Virus record (IMG/VR): IMGVR_UViG_3300031857_000010
Coordinates: 1-64,000 of that record
Reading direction: 5' to 3' (one strand)
Length of the DNA: 64,000 nucleotides
A program made the translations under genes and the position numbers. The notes below the pieces were generated by a model. That model was not told the origin of the DNA and did no database searches. It saw only the letters and a program-made list of their open reading frames with translations. Shown here piece by piece: positions 30,463-40,394 of this stretch. The first letter of the stretch is position 1. Each line of letters opens with the position of its first letter.

Positions 30463-32115
30463 TTAAGCAATATAATCGTAAACAACTTTTAATGCTTTCA
30501 GTGCCTGAGCTGCTTCTGCTTTCTTTTCGATTTCCTGAGCCTGTTCTTGTAAAAGCTTAGCTCTTGCTTGATATCTTTTAAATTTTCTAGCTAATTGATT
30601 TGCTTTTCTCTTAGCTAGTGCTTTAGTAATAAGCTTAGTAATTTTAGGTATTAATTTTTTTAGAATTAAACTTAAAACTAAAGCATAAATTCCATTCATT
30701 ATTACTTTATAGAAAGTTGAATTTTTATCAAACAAACTTCTGTCTTTTGAAATATCATTTTTAACACTTGTAAGCAAACCTAAAGTATTTTCTACAGTTA
30801 ATATAGGAACATTTACGGCAAATGGATCATTAGGTGTTTTTTCATACTGAGCCATTATTGCTGTACCACTAGGTAGTGGATTTGTAAGTGTTATTGAACC
30901 GACTCCTGTATTGTAGTCAATTGTTCCAGCTTCTCCTGATGGTCCTGATAAACTACCGCTACCATTATCGGTCATTGTTATGTTATTAAATGAAACTCTG
31001 AAAGTCCCGGGGACAATAGTAGTCAACATACTGGCTGTAATAACAATTTGAGAATTACTACCAGCTGTTGCCACTTGTTCATTTACAGGAATATTTGCAG
31101 GAACATTAACACTTGAGCCTGTTTGACCAGCTGCTGCTGCTTGAATCTCTAAATTTATTTTATCAAGAACTTTTTGAAGTATAGGATATAAAACAAGAGG
31201 TAATAAATTAATTATCTTATCTAATAAAATTCTTATCCAACTTTTTCTAATGGCACCTGCATTTTCTTCACTATTGATTCTTTGTGCTTCACTATCAACA
31301 TATCCATTTAATTCCACTAAAACTCCTGCAGGATTTTGATATGTTACTTGTCCTCCACCAACCGTTTGACCTTGAAGAAAAACTTTAATATTGTTATCTA
31401 TAATTGCATCTGCACTTTGTAGAATTGATTCTGGTAAATTAATTTTTACATCCTGACAAGAAACTGTGAAAGTAATAATACCTTTCTCTAATTGTTCTCT
31501 TAATTTAATTATATTATATTCTACATCACCGTAGGTGTTGCTTACTGTATTAACAGTAGTAAACATAACATCTGAAAGAGATGCATTATCTAGGTAATCA
31601 TCCGGACTTAAATCTGTATAGTTCTGAGTCAAATAGAAATTATTTCCATAATTATTTGGCGGTAATTTTAGAGGTTTAATTCTATCTTTTGGGCCATAAA
31701 TTAAAATTATAATTTTCTTTATTAATAAAGCTTTTAATAGCTCCATAGCAACATTGAGTTCTTGTTTGACATTTTGGTCTAACCAATCTTTGTTGCTAAT
31801 TCCTTGTTTAATTGTTATTGGTTTTGCGTCTAATGCTGCAGCTAAACCTTTAATTATAGCAGATACTAATTCGTCTGATCCCTTATCAAATAACCTATTA
31901 ATAAAAGACATTATTAAATTGTCTATATATCCAACACCAAGAGTTGCATCAGCAATTTTTGTTAAAAAATCTAAAAGAGAAATTTGTTGTGATTTTGGCC
32001 TATCGAAAAATTTTTTAAAAGGTATGGTAAGCAAATTATTCATAGAACTTAATTTGCTTAGAGCTTCACTTTGAGCCCCAGTTAATGGTTGTTGTATAGG
32101 TACATTAAAAGCCAT
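30463..32115 (-). CDS. Hypothetical helical protein with an inserted beta-sandwich domain
   Basis: 550 aa. Insert IVPGTFRV...TDNGSGSL...GTIDYNTG...ITL. Hydrophobic then basic C-terminus. Confidence 0.5.
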   Translation of the reverse strand: MAFNVPIQQPLTGAQSEALSKLSSMNNLLTIPFKKFFDRPKSQQISLLDFLTKIADATLGVGYIDNLIMSFINRLFDKGSDELVSAIIKGLAAALDAKPITIKQGISNKDWLDQNVKQELNVAMELLKALLIKKIIILIYGPKDRIKPLKLPPNNYGNNFYLTQNYTDLSPDDYLDNASLSDVMFTTVNTVSNTYGDVEYNIIKLREQLEKGIITFTVSCQDVKINLPESILQSADAIIDNNIKVFLQGQTVGGGQVTYQNPAGVLVELNGYVDSEAQRINSEENAGAIRKSWIRILLDKIINLLPLVLYPILQKVLDKINLEIQAAAAGQTGSSVNVPANIPVNEQVATAGSNSQIVITASMLTTIVPGTFRVSFNNITMTDNGSGSLSGPSGEAGTIDYNTGVGSITLTNPLPSGTAIMAQYEKTPNDPFAVNVPILTVENTLGLLTSVKNDISKDRSLFDKNSTFYKVIMNGIYALVLSLILKKLIPKITKLITKALAKRKANQLARKFKRYQARAKLLQEQAQEIEKKAEAAQALKALKVVYDYIA

Positions 32116-32117
32116 TC

Positions 32118-32462
32118 TTAAGAGTTATTTTCTACACTATTGCCTTCGTTAGTATCTAAATATTTAAGAATCTGTGATTTGATTTGATCATCGTTCATAA
32201 CAGGTTTTGATCCATTTTCATCCTTGTAAACTATCGTGCTGATCATTTTTGTCAAATTCATTAATGCATCAGTTCTGTCTGAGGCAGTTCTCAAAAAATC
32301 AACTAAATATTTACCTTGAAGAATAAATTGCTCGTTATTTTCTATAGTTTCATCCTGTCTTCTAAATCTCTCTAAAGCCAAATTTCTTTCTTCATTGATA
32401 TTGTCTTTAAGATTGTTTAAAAGGGATTTTATCCCATCTTCAGAAATTTCTACCTTTCCCAT
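32118..32462 (-). CDS. Hypothetical helical protein
   Basis: 114 aa, with TATTTATT 10 nt upstream (32473-32480). Confidence 0.55.
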   Translation of the reverse strand: MGKVEISEDGIKSLLNNLKDNINEERNLALERFRRQDETIENNEQFILQGKYLVDFLRTASDRTDALMNLTKMISTIVYKDENGSKPVMNDDQIKSQILKYLDTNEGNSVENNS

Positions 32463-32495
32463 GGTTTTTATTAATAAATATATTGAAGGAAAAAA

Positions 32496-33380
32496 TTATT
32501 TATTTTTATTTAAGAAATTAGTCTTAAATATTTTATAGAAACCTTTAAATCTACTCAAAGAATAAGTAATTTCTTTAGTTTCAAGACCTGTACGCTCTTT
32601 CAAGAGATAATAAATTGTGTTTTTATTATATAGTTTTAAAAGTTCATGATTTCTAAAAACCCACACTATGGCTTCTCCTACCCTACGATCGTTTGGAAGC
32701 ATTTTAGGTTTTTGAATTTCCTCTTCTAGTTTATTTATAATATTTTCAAAAATTTTTAAATTTACATCCTCTTTTTCGATTTCATCATAATCTAGAATAT
32801 TTTCAGGTCTACCTGAAGCCTCTTCAATGGACTCATCAATATCAACATTAGATTTTACATGTTTATATTGAATTCTCTTTTCTCCCATTAAATAGTGTTT
32901 AGCTATTGTTCCTAAATATGAAAAAGCTTGAGTACCATTTTTGGGATTGAATTTGTCTATTTTGGTTATTAAAAAAGACATACAATCTATTTGTAGTTCT
33001 TTTACTTCAACATCAGATCGAAATAGTTTATATGTAAAAATTATATTTTCAATTAATTTAGTCATAGGTTTATATAGATGTTTACTATAGATCCTATTTT
33101 TTTCTTCAATATCTTGAGAATTAATATAATCAACTATTGCTTTTTCTTGTTCAGGATACCAATATCTTTTAGAACCTTCATATTTCTTATCTAATTCATT
33201 CATTGCAATCAGATCCTTATAATATTCTCTTAATACAGAGATGTCTGGTGATCCATCATCAGATTTTAAAATATCAGAAAATGCACTTTTAAATAGAATT
33301 CCATGAAGATAGACATATTCTTCTCCAACAGTATCAAATTTTAAATCATCAAGTTTTAATAATTTTTTATTTTTTTCCAT
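32496..33380 (-). CDS. Phage sigma70-family factor (gp55-like, probably late)
   Basis: Region-2-like DCMSFLITKIDKFNPKNGTQAFSYLGTIAKHYL. No obvious canonical region-4 motif. Confidence 0.65.
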   Translation of the reverse strand: MEKNKKLLKLDDLKFDTVGEEYVYLHGILFKSAFSDILKSDDGSPDISVLREYYKDLIAMNELDKKYEGSKRYWYPEQEKAIVDYINSQDIEEKNRIYSKHLYKPMTKLIENIIFTYKLFRSDVEVKELQIDCMSFLITKIDKFNPKNGTQAFSYLGTIAKHYLMGEKRIQYKHVKSNVDIDESIEEASGRPENILDYDEIEKEDVNLKIFENIINKLEEEIQKPKMLPNDRRVGEAIVWVFRNHELLKLYNKNTIYYLLKERTGLETKEITYSLSRFKGFYKIFKTNFLNKNK

Positions 33381-33394
33381 AAAAACTATAATAT

Positions 33395-33427
33395 AAAAGG
33401 GGGTTTTTTAGGCCCCCCTTTTTTTTT
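33395..33427 (-). terminator. Possible intrinsic terminator
   Basis: AAAAGGGGG-N10-CCCCCTTTT inverted repeat flanked by A/T tracts, just after the GT gene. Confidence 0.45.
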
Positions 33428-34364
33428 AGGCTGGTTGATAGACTTTGTTTCTATCATTGTCAAAGAAATACTCTTTCTTAGCTAAATCTGTCCAATATTT
33501 GTACTCTTCAATTGAAAGTCCTCCGTTTTCAGAATTTTTCTGTACTAGGTCTGATGGTAATTTGGAACTGAAATAATCATATTTATCAATTGCTCTATTT
33601 ATTTTGGCATCATATCCCAATCTAGGTATGGTGAAAAATTTAAGATCATTATAGATCATCCTAAGCAAAAATTCATATGAATAATTAATCTTCATACTTT
33701 CTTTCATGGGCTTATATGTACCATCTTTTTCTTCTGAATAATTGATGAGTGATTTTGTTTTGAAAGTACATCCTGCGATATTTACGCAATTGAATCTTAA
33801 CATCAAATTCAAATCAAATATTCCAGCAACTTCAGCAAAACCATCAACCCAAGAAGCTTCATTCATAAATCCAGCAAAACCTAACGGGCCAGTTTGTTTT
33901 GCAAGTGGTACTAACACATCATATTCACTTTTTTCTTTAGAATATAGATTAAAATATTTTAACCAAAACCTTGTTAGAAAATCATCTTGCTCTACCAAGG
34001 AAAACCATTCATAGTTGTTTTTATTGGCATAATTTAATGATTCATTGAATACTTTTGAGAATGTATCAGAAGTGGTTTCTTGAATTATAAAATTAATTTT
34101 ATTTTTACCAACTAATGTTTTTGTTTCTTCTTCGCCAGATTTTCCGATTTTTCTTTCAATGGATGGTTTTTCCAAGATAGATTTCAATTGATCCATCATC
34201 CCAGTACTCAAATTATTAGTTAAAACCAATAAATCAACAATTTCATCTTGTTCTGCTAAAGAATATAAACATTCATTTAGATGCAAATCCTCAATTTTAT
34301 TTAGAGGCAATACAAACAAAATTTTATTATTGTTTGAGCTTTTGTAATTCGTTAATTCTTTCAT
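33426..34364 (-). CDS. GT2-like glycosyltransferase
   Basis: ECLYSLAEQ, NESLNYA...WFSLVEQDD (DxD-like), YEFLLRM. Confidence 0.6.
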   Translation of the reverse strand: MKELTNYKSSNNNKILFVLPLNKIEDLHLNECLYSLAEQDEIVDLLVLTNNLSTGMMDQLKSILEKPSIERKIGKSGEEETKTLVGKNKINFIIQETTSDTFSKVFNESLNYANKNNYEWFSLVEQDDFLTRFWLKYFNLYSKEKSEYDVLVPLAKQTGPLGFAGFMNEASWVDGFAEVAGIFDLNLMLRFNCVNIAGCTFKTKSLINYSEEKDGTYKPMKESMKINYSYEFLLRMIYNDLKFFTIPRLGYDAKINRAIDKYDYFSSKLPSDLVQKNSENGGLSIEEYKYWTDLAKKEYFFDNDRNKVYQPA

Positions 34365-35520
34365 TTTTATATTCGTTTATGTTTTTAATAAGTGAATTTA
34401 TTTCAATATCTTCTGTATATTTATCGAGTGTGATATCATATTGTTTTTGAACTTCATCTGAATCTAATTGACCAGTTAAGAGTTTTTCTACAGCAATTCC
34501 TAACAATTCTGCCAATTGAAAAATATCACCATTAGCAGCCCAAAATCCATTGTCTGCATTCATGTATTCTTTACCACCGAGTGGTGTCCAACCTACTACG
34601 TGTGTTCCACAAGCCATAGCTTCAAGTGGCATTGTTCCAAAGCCTGCAATTTCATCGGTATATAAACAAATGGATGAGGTTCCTAATCTCTCGGCAAATT
34701 CTTCTTTGGATAAACCTTTTAATTCATCAAATCTGACCCATCTGAATTGAGGGTAAAAAGAATAGAAGGTCTTAATTACATTATATGTTTTAATTACTGC
34801 ATCTTGACTTCTTCCGGGCATGAATGCTATTTTAGGATATTTTTCAGTCAAAGGATATTTTTTAAATAAACTCTTATCAATTGATTGAGTACAATTCTTA
34901 ATGTTTAAACCCGGCATTATTGCTTTAATATACTCAGATATGCCATTTGAAATACTCATAACATCTTGTATTCCGAATTGCTGCCATTTTTGACCAATTT
35001 GCATAGCATTCAAGATGTAATACCAGCTTTGTGCTAAAACAATTTTTTTACAAGCTATTTGAGAAAATTTCTCCATCACATTTGGAAATCCTTCAGGAAT
35101 AATTACAAAATCTTCAGGATTTATTACAAGTTGTTTGGCTTGGACTGAAGTTCCATCATTAAATTTAACTTCTCCTTCTCCTAAAATGTGAAGTTCTACA
35201 TTTTCAGCTTCTTTCCCTAACCAGCTTGTATTGAATTTTTCGAATACATTTATTTGTTTTCTAGCTTTCTGTGATTCTTCATAGGAAGATTTATTATCAA
35301 TTCTTGGTTCATAGACAATACAACTATTAAAACCGCTATTCTTTAAAATGTTTACTTGTTTAAAGATAACTGATACACCACCTGATGCTACATTCATGGG
35401 AGGGCAGTAATAATAAATTTTAAAATTATTAGAACTAACCTTTTCAATCACATCGTTTAAAATTTTATTGTGATCAGGAATTTCTTGTTTAACTTCTTTT
35501 TCAATTGTTTCTTGTGACAT
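34327..35520 (-). CDS. GT4/GT-B glycosyltransferase
   Basis: PPMNVASGGV, IAFMPGR, GFGTMPLEAMACGTHVVG. Confidence 0.75.
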   Translation of the reverse strand: MSQETIEKEVKQEIPDHNKILNDVIEKVSSNNFKIYYYCPPMNVASGGVSVIFKQVNILKNSGFNSCIVYEPRIDNKSSYEESQKARKQINVFEKFNTSWLGKEAENVELHILGEGEVKFNDGTSVQAKQLVINPEDFVIIPEGFPNVMEKFSQIACKKIVLAQSWYYILNAMQIGQKWQQFGIQDVMSISNGISEYIKAIMPGLNIKNCTQSIDKSLFKKYPLTEKYPKIAFMPGRSQDAVIKTYNVIKTFYSFYPQFRWVRFDELKGLSKEEFAERLGTSSICLYTDEIAGFGTMPLEAMACGTHVVGWTPLGGKEYMNADNGFWAANGDIFQLAELLGIAVEKLLTGQLDSDEVQKQYDITLDKYTEDIEINSLIKNINEYKNERINELQKLKQ

Positions 35521-35568
35521 ATTTAAAATTTTTTATTTAAAAATATTTTTTTTGTTGGATAAAGTAAA

Positions 35569-36240
35569 TTATAAAATATTTTCTTTTATTAAATTAATAA
35601 AGAATGTGTCTTCCACTTCTGTTAAAGAGTTGAATTCGTAATCTGCTTTATCGTAACTGTTATAATCGGCTTTTATTTTAATTGATATTTTATTATCAGG
35701 TTTTGACTCTATAAATTCTGGATTATCTGTAATTACTAAATCACAATAATCCCAAACCCTATTCATATCGTTTTCAAAAATTATTTTTTTTATTCTGCAG
35801 GCAGATTTGGCTAAAAAATGATATGTTGCTTGGATTGCTTGATCTTTTTCATGAGAGAAAAGAACAATTTCATATTTACCATTGACCTCACCAATTTTTT
35901 GTAATTTATTTGCTTTGTCCATTGCTTTCGCAATAGGAGGTGCAGATCCATAAATTTCAAACACATAATCTTGATTTATGAAATTATAATATTCATCTTT
36001 AGAATCAAAATGATAATGATTTAACAAATCAAAAGTATCTATGGGATACTTTATTTTTTCGTCAACCATATTTTGTATTCTAGCATTTTCTCCTTCATCT
36101 TCTTCTTCTGGTACATATCTAAAATATTCATCCATTTTGACTATGGATTCATTTTTAATGTATTTTTTCCTATACATTTTATCAAATTGAGACAATTTAT
36201 CTCTCAATACTCCGTCTATGTTAATTCCAATTATTTTCAT
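35569..36240 (-). CDS. HAD-family 5'(3')-nucleotidase-like protein, with Asn at the catalytic Asp position
   Basis: IGINIDGVLRD versus the canonical DxDGVL; DLVITDNP. Start placed at MKIIG (36240). Confidence 0.6.
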   Translation of the reverse strand: MKIIGINIDGVLRDKLSQFDKMYRKKYIKNESIVKMDEYFRYVPEEEDEGENARIQNMVDEKIKYPIDTFDLLNHYHFDSKDEYYNFINQDYVFEIYGSAPPIAKAMDKANKLQKIGEVNGKYEIVLFSHEKDQAIQATYHFLAKSACRIKKIIFENDMNRVWDYCDLVITDNPEFIESKPDNKISIKIKADYNSYDKADYEFNSLTEVEDTFFINLIKENIL

Positions 36241-36276
36241 ATTTTTAAAAATAATTTTATTAAAAATAAAGTAAAC

Positions 36277-36306
36277 AAAAAAGTCTCCCAAGTTAGAGAG
36301 ACTTTT
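36277..36306 (-). terminator. Intrinsic terminator
   Basis: Minus strand AAAAGTCTCTC-TAACTT-GGGAGACTTTTTT, just downstream of ORF 36326..36754. Confidence 0.65.
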
Positions 36307-36325
36307 AAAAACATTAATTATTTTT

Positions 36326-36754
36326 TTAATATACGAATGATGATTGATTTTTGTTTACTAAATTAAAACCGAAAAGTTTATAATTTTTCTGAACTACACC
36401 ATCCCTAACTTCAGCCTTACCCTTTGGTATAATCACACAATCGTCTAAATTTATTTTCTTTGAATAAATTTCATTGGATTTAAAACCTTCTAAAAAGAAT
36501 TTAACTTTTCCAAATAGTGTGTTATCTTTTATCTTTAATTTGGTGACAATTCCGCAAACCAATTCAGAATTAGTGTATTCATATTGGATGTCTTTTGATT
36601 TTGCGTCTACTGCAAATTCTAAATCATAACCATTTTCATCTAAACCATCAATCCAAGACCTAATCAATTCTTCTGGATATCTTCTAAAGTTTTTATTTGG
36701 TTCATTTATTTTAAGAATAAAGAATTCTTTTTCAATTATTTTTTTATTATTCAT
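36326..36754 (-). CDS. Prohead-protease-like protein (T4 gp21/S77 fold), apparently lacking the catalytic residues
   Basis: NKNFRRYP, GIVTKLKIKDNTLFGKVKF, PKGKAEVRDGVVQKNYKLFGFNLV parallel the gp21 family pattern. The HP and SSRG motifs are absent. Confidence 0.45.
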   Translation of the reverse strand: MNNKKIIEKEFFILKINEPNKNFRRYPEELIRSWIDGLDENGYDLEFAVDAKSKDIQYEYTNSELVCGIVTKLKIKDNTLFGKVKFFLEGFKSNEIYSKKINLDDCVIIPKGKAEVRDGVVQKNYKLFGFNLVNKNQSSFVY

Positions 36755-36760
36755 AGTAAA

Positions 36761-38431
36761 TTAATAGAGAGTGATTTTGTTGTAATCGAAACCATAACCT
36801 ACTTCAGGCTGTTTTCCAGTAATAAAACCCGGTAAATTATTGTTACCTAATTCTTCTAAAATAAATTTATCAGAAGAGGCTACAGAAGGTACTTTTAAAG
36901 CTATAAAATTAGTACCTTCTTCAACTTTTAAAGAATGCCAATGGCCCTGAACTAATATGGTAAAACAACCCGGTTCACCGTAAAGGTTTACTAATTCGCT
37001 TGGCTTCTTTTTAGATAAAGAAGAATCTCCGTGTTGAACGAAAATACAAATATTATCTTTGACAATTTTACAAAGGTTATTTTTTGGAATGAAAAATTTA
37101 AGTCTTTCATTCTCTAATTCTCTTTTTAAAACATGAGAAATAACTTTTCCAGCAGTTCTGCTTTTATCTTCATCTCTTCCAACTCCTACACGATCATGAT
37201 TACCATGTATTGAATAGAATTCAATTGGACAATTAGTATTATTATGTATTTCTGATAATAATACTTTTAAAGAATCAATAGCATAAAATATTTGTTCCTC
37301 TTGAAACAAATCCATTTCGGCAGTATGGTTTGGATGCATTCCATCTTCTAAAACACTTTCTACTAGATCTCCAAGATTAACTAAAACAATTTCCCTGCTA
37401 TTATATTGATTATATTGTTCTAATATTTTATTCTTAATTTCTAAAATTCTTTCGTGAGCTATTTCTTTATTATAACCTCTACCATAAATTGGATTGTTAT
37501 ACTTCTTTCCATAATGTATGTCTCCAAAAAAACATATTAAAGGTTTTCCAGTGTTTTTGTTATCTTTTTTATTTATTTTGCCTTTTTGAATATTTGTTAT
37601 AAGCGTTTTTTTATCTGTTTGATCGATATATCTTGACACTATACTTTCAATCCATTCCTCATTGTTTTTATACTCAATTATTAATTTATGAGCATCTTTT
37701 AGGTTTTTTTCTACATATCTTCCTCTCTCATCCTCTAATTTTTTAAGGATATTGTTTTCTTTATTTCTAAAGATTATATCCATAACTTCTTCTTCAGTAG
37801 ATTCTTCAATAATGTGTGGTGCTACGGGAATAGAAGATTTTGTAATATTAAAAGCTCTTAGAATTCTTTTAAAGTCTCTAAAAGTCAAGTTTGAAAAATA
37901 TCTAGAAACACCTCTAAGTGTCATTCCGGCACCATCCATATTAGAATATAAACGATAAACCAGATCCATTTCTTCTCTGGTAAAATATCCCTCTAAAGAT
38001 TTTTCATCTCTTATAAAAATTTTATAATGATAAGATGAAACTTTTTTATTTTCATCTCTTATGATTTCAGAAAAACTCCTTTCATCATATTTTTCATCAT
38101 TATATGCATCGTAATTTAATTCTTCTATTTCTTCCTCAGTCAAAGATTCATTCTCCAAGGCTAATTTATCAGTTATTGATAAATTTTTATTATTTTTTAT
38201 CTTTTTAGATTTTGAAAATTTATGCCCTTTTAATTCTTCATAAAGTTTAACAATTTTATCAGCTTCCTCTTTAGTGACTGAATTGTTTTTTACTCTTTCT
38301 TCGATTCTTCTACAAAATGTAGAAACATAATCTGTGCTTCTACCAGATTTTTTACAAGATTCAGGAATTGAAATTTCTTGTTTAATACATCTGTTGAGAA
38401 TTGTAAGACAGTTTTTATAGTATTGATTCAT
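36761..38431 (-). CDS. Calcineurin-like metallophosphoesterase with a long N-terminal region
   Basis: GDIHYG, LGDLVE, HGNHDR, QHGD, QGHWH. Confidence 0.8.
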   Translation of the reverse strand: MNQYYKNCLTILNRCIKQEISIPESCKKSGRSTDYVSTFCRRIEERVKNNSVTKEEADKIVKLYEELKGHKFSKSKKIKNNKNLSITDKLALENESLTEEEIEELNYDAYNDEKYDERSFSEIIRDENKKVSSYHYKIFIRDEKSLEGYFTREEMDLVYRLYSNMDGAGMTLRGVSRYFSNLTFRDFKRILRAFNITKSSIPVAPHIIEESTEEEVMDIIFRNKENNILKKLEDERGRYVEKNLKDAHKLIIEYKNNEEWIESIVSRYIDQTDKKTLITNIQKGKINKKDNKNTGKPLICFFGDIHYGKKYNNPIYGRGYNKEIAHERILEIKNKILEQYNQYNSREIVLVNLGDLVESVLEDGMHPNHTAEMDLFQEEQIFYAIDSLKVLLSEIHNNTNCPIEFYSIHGNHDRVGVGRDEDKSRTAGKVISHVLKRELENERLKFFIPKNNLCKIVKDNICIFVQHGDSSLSKKKPSELVNLYGEPGCFTILVQGHWHSLKVEEGTNFIALKVPSVASSDKFILEELGNNNLPGFITGKQPEVGYGFDYNKITLY

Positions 38432-38493
38432 CTTAAAATAATATTTCTGAAAAGTAAAATAAAAAAATTATAAAAACAAATTATAGATTTTAT

Positions 38494-39456
38494 TTAATTA
38501 ATACAGGAAATAGATTTGTTTAAAATCGGTTTATACCATTTAAAAGTTTCTATTAAACCTTGTTCTAATTCATAGTCAGGCTCGAAGCCATATTTTTTTA
38601 TTTTTTCTATATCTGCATGAGTTTTTGAAACATCTCCTTCTCTTTTAGGTGCATTCAATACTATAGGATTAGTTCCAAGTAAATCAGACATAATTTCTTT
38701 TATTTGTATTAAATCATAAGTTTTGTCATTTGATACATTGAAAATATTTCCATTTAATTTATTATTATATTCACCCATAATAAAATTTGCTTTGCAAACA
38801 TCTTTAACAAATACAAAACTTCTTGACTGAGATCCATCACCATCTAATCTTATCTCTGAATTTGTTATGAAGCCTTTCATCCAAGCACATATCACATTTG
38901 CATAAGAATTTGTTGCATATTGATTCGGACCATACACATTAAAATATCGAAGACAAACACTATCTAGTTGATAAAGTTCAGACCATATTTTTAAATATTG
39001 TTCAATTATCAATTTTTGTACTGCATAAGGTGATTTAAAATTTATTGAAGTGGTTTCTGGAGTAGGTAAAAAAACTGTATCACCATATATAGCAGAAGTA
39101 GAGCTGAAAACAAATTTCTTAATTCTATTTTCAGAACAATTTTTTAATAATATTAAAGTTTTTGTAACATTATTATTATTAGTAATCAATGGATTTTCAA
39201 CTGAATAACCCACACTTGGCATAGCTGCAAAATGATAAACTATATCTATGTTTTTATTTGTAAAATCAAAATTTACAAAATCATCATTTATGAAAATGAA
39301 TTTTTCATTTACTAAATTTTCTATAAAACATTTATTCTCTTCCCCGTTTATAAAATTATCTATGCCATAAATAAAATATTCAGTGTTTTCAAGTAAAAAA
39401 TTTACCATGTTGGATCCTATAAAACCTCCTGCACCAGTGACTAAAACTCTTTTCAT
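38494..39456 (-). CDS. NAD-dependent epimerase (UDP-hexose/HexNAc 4-epimerase-like)
   Basis: VTGAGGFIGS, HFAAMPSV, FSSTSAIYG, SPYAVQK, LRYFNVYGP. Confidence 0.85.
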   Translation of the reverse strand: MKRVLVTGAGGFIGSNMVNFLLENTEYFIYGIDNFINGEENKCFIENLVNEKFIFINDDFVNFDFTNKNIDIVYHFAAMPSVGYSVENPLITNNNNVTKTLILLKNCSENRIKKFVFSSTSAIYGDTVFLPTPETTSINFKSPYAVQKLIIEQYLKIWSELYQLDSVCLRYFNVYGPNQYATNSYANVICAWMKGFITNSEIRLDGDGSQSRSFVFVKDVCKANFIMGEYNNKLNGNIFNVSNDKTYDLIQIKEIMSDLLGTNPIVLNAPKREGDVSKTHADIEKIKKYGFEPDYELEQGLIETFKWYKPILNKSISCIN

Positions 39457-40388
39457 TTTCTGATTTTATTTAAATTATTATAGAACCAATCTATTGTTTC
39501 CTTCAAACCATCCTCTATTCTGGTGAATTTATAATCTGGTAAATATTTTAATAACTTACTATTATCACTTGGTTTTCTGAGTTGACCATCTGGTTTTGAT
39601 TCATCCCAAATTATTTTATTTTTGAATCCCATTAAATCTGCTACCAATGTAGCTAGATCTTTTATTGAAATTTCTTGTGAAGTGGAGAGAATTATTGGTT
39701 CATTTTCTTCATAATTTTCTAAAACCCATAGCGATAAATCAGCTACATCTTTGGAGAATATAAATTCTCTTAGTGGTTTACCTGTTCCCCAAACTATCAA
39801 GTCTTTATTTTCTTTAATAGAATTATAGCATTTATAAATTAATGCTGGCAATACATGTGAATTCTCTAGATTAAAATTATCGTTTGGACCATAAATATTT
39901 GTAGGAATAACTGATTTATAATTTAATCCATATTGTTCTCTATAAGACCTAATTTGTATATCGGCCATTCTTTTAGCATAAGCATAAGGATAATTTGAAT
40001 CATGTGGTGGCCCTAAGTGTATTTTTTTTTCATTTAGAGGATATTCTATGTTATCTGGAAAAACACATGTAGATAAAAAACAAACTAAATTTTTTATGCC
40101 AAATTTTCTACTCGATTCTATAACATTTGTATTTATCATTATATTGTCATAGAAAAATTCTCCTTTTAAATTCATATTACTTCCTAATCCACCAACTTTT
40201 GCAGCACAATGTATAACTTTATCTACAGCAAATTCGTTTTGTATTTTTGAGTCAGTATAAAATTCAAATATTTGCTCTGTACTTTTTTTATCTCTCAAAT
40301 CACAAACCTTAGAAGATAATGCAATTAAATCTCCTTTAAATTGAGATCCAACTAAACCACTTTGACCAGTTACTAATAACCTTCCCAT
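39453..40388 (-). CDS. fcl: GDP-L-fucose synthase
   Basis: HCAAKVGG, FLSTCVFP, YAYAKR, PTNIYGPNDNF, SHVLPAL, WGTGKPLREF. Confidence 0.92.
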   Translation of the reverse strand: MGRLLVTGQSGLVGSQFKGDLIALSSKVCDLRDKKSTEQIFEFYTDSKIQNEFAVDKVIHCAAKVGGLGSNMNLKGEFFYDNIMINTNVIESSRKFGIKNLVCFLSTCVFPDNIEYPLNEKKIHLGPPHDSNYPYAYAKRMADIQIRSYREQYGLNYKSVIPTNIYGPNDNFNLENSHVLPALIYKCYNSIKENKDLIVWGTGKPLREFIFSKDVADLSLWVLENYEENEPIILSTSQEISIKDLATLVADLMGFKNKIIWDESKPDGQLRKPSDNSKLLKYLPDYKFTRIEDGLKETIDWFYNNLNKIRK

Positions 40389-40394
40389 AATTAT

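Noticed and set aside
33426-35520. T4-type DNA glucosylation by these GTs
   Set aside because: No hydroxymethylase or other base-modification gene in the window and no recognisable similarity to T4 alpha-/beta-GT. Not excluded, but unsupported.
35561-38458. TTTACT as a sigma70-like -35 element upstream of 35520, 36240 and 38431
   Set aside because: Distances to the ATG are inconsistent, and for 38431 the matching -10 would overlap the start codon. Likely AT-rich background.
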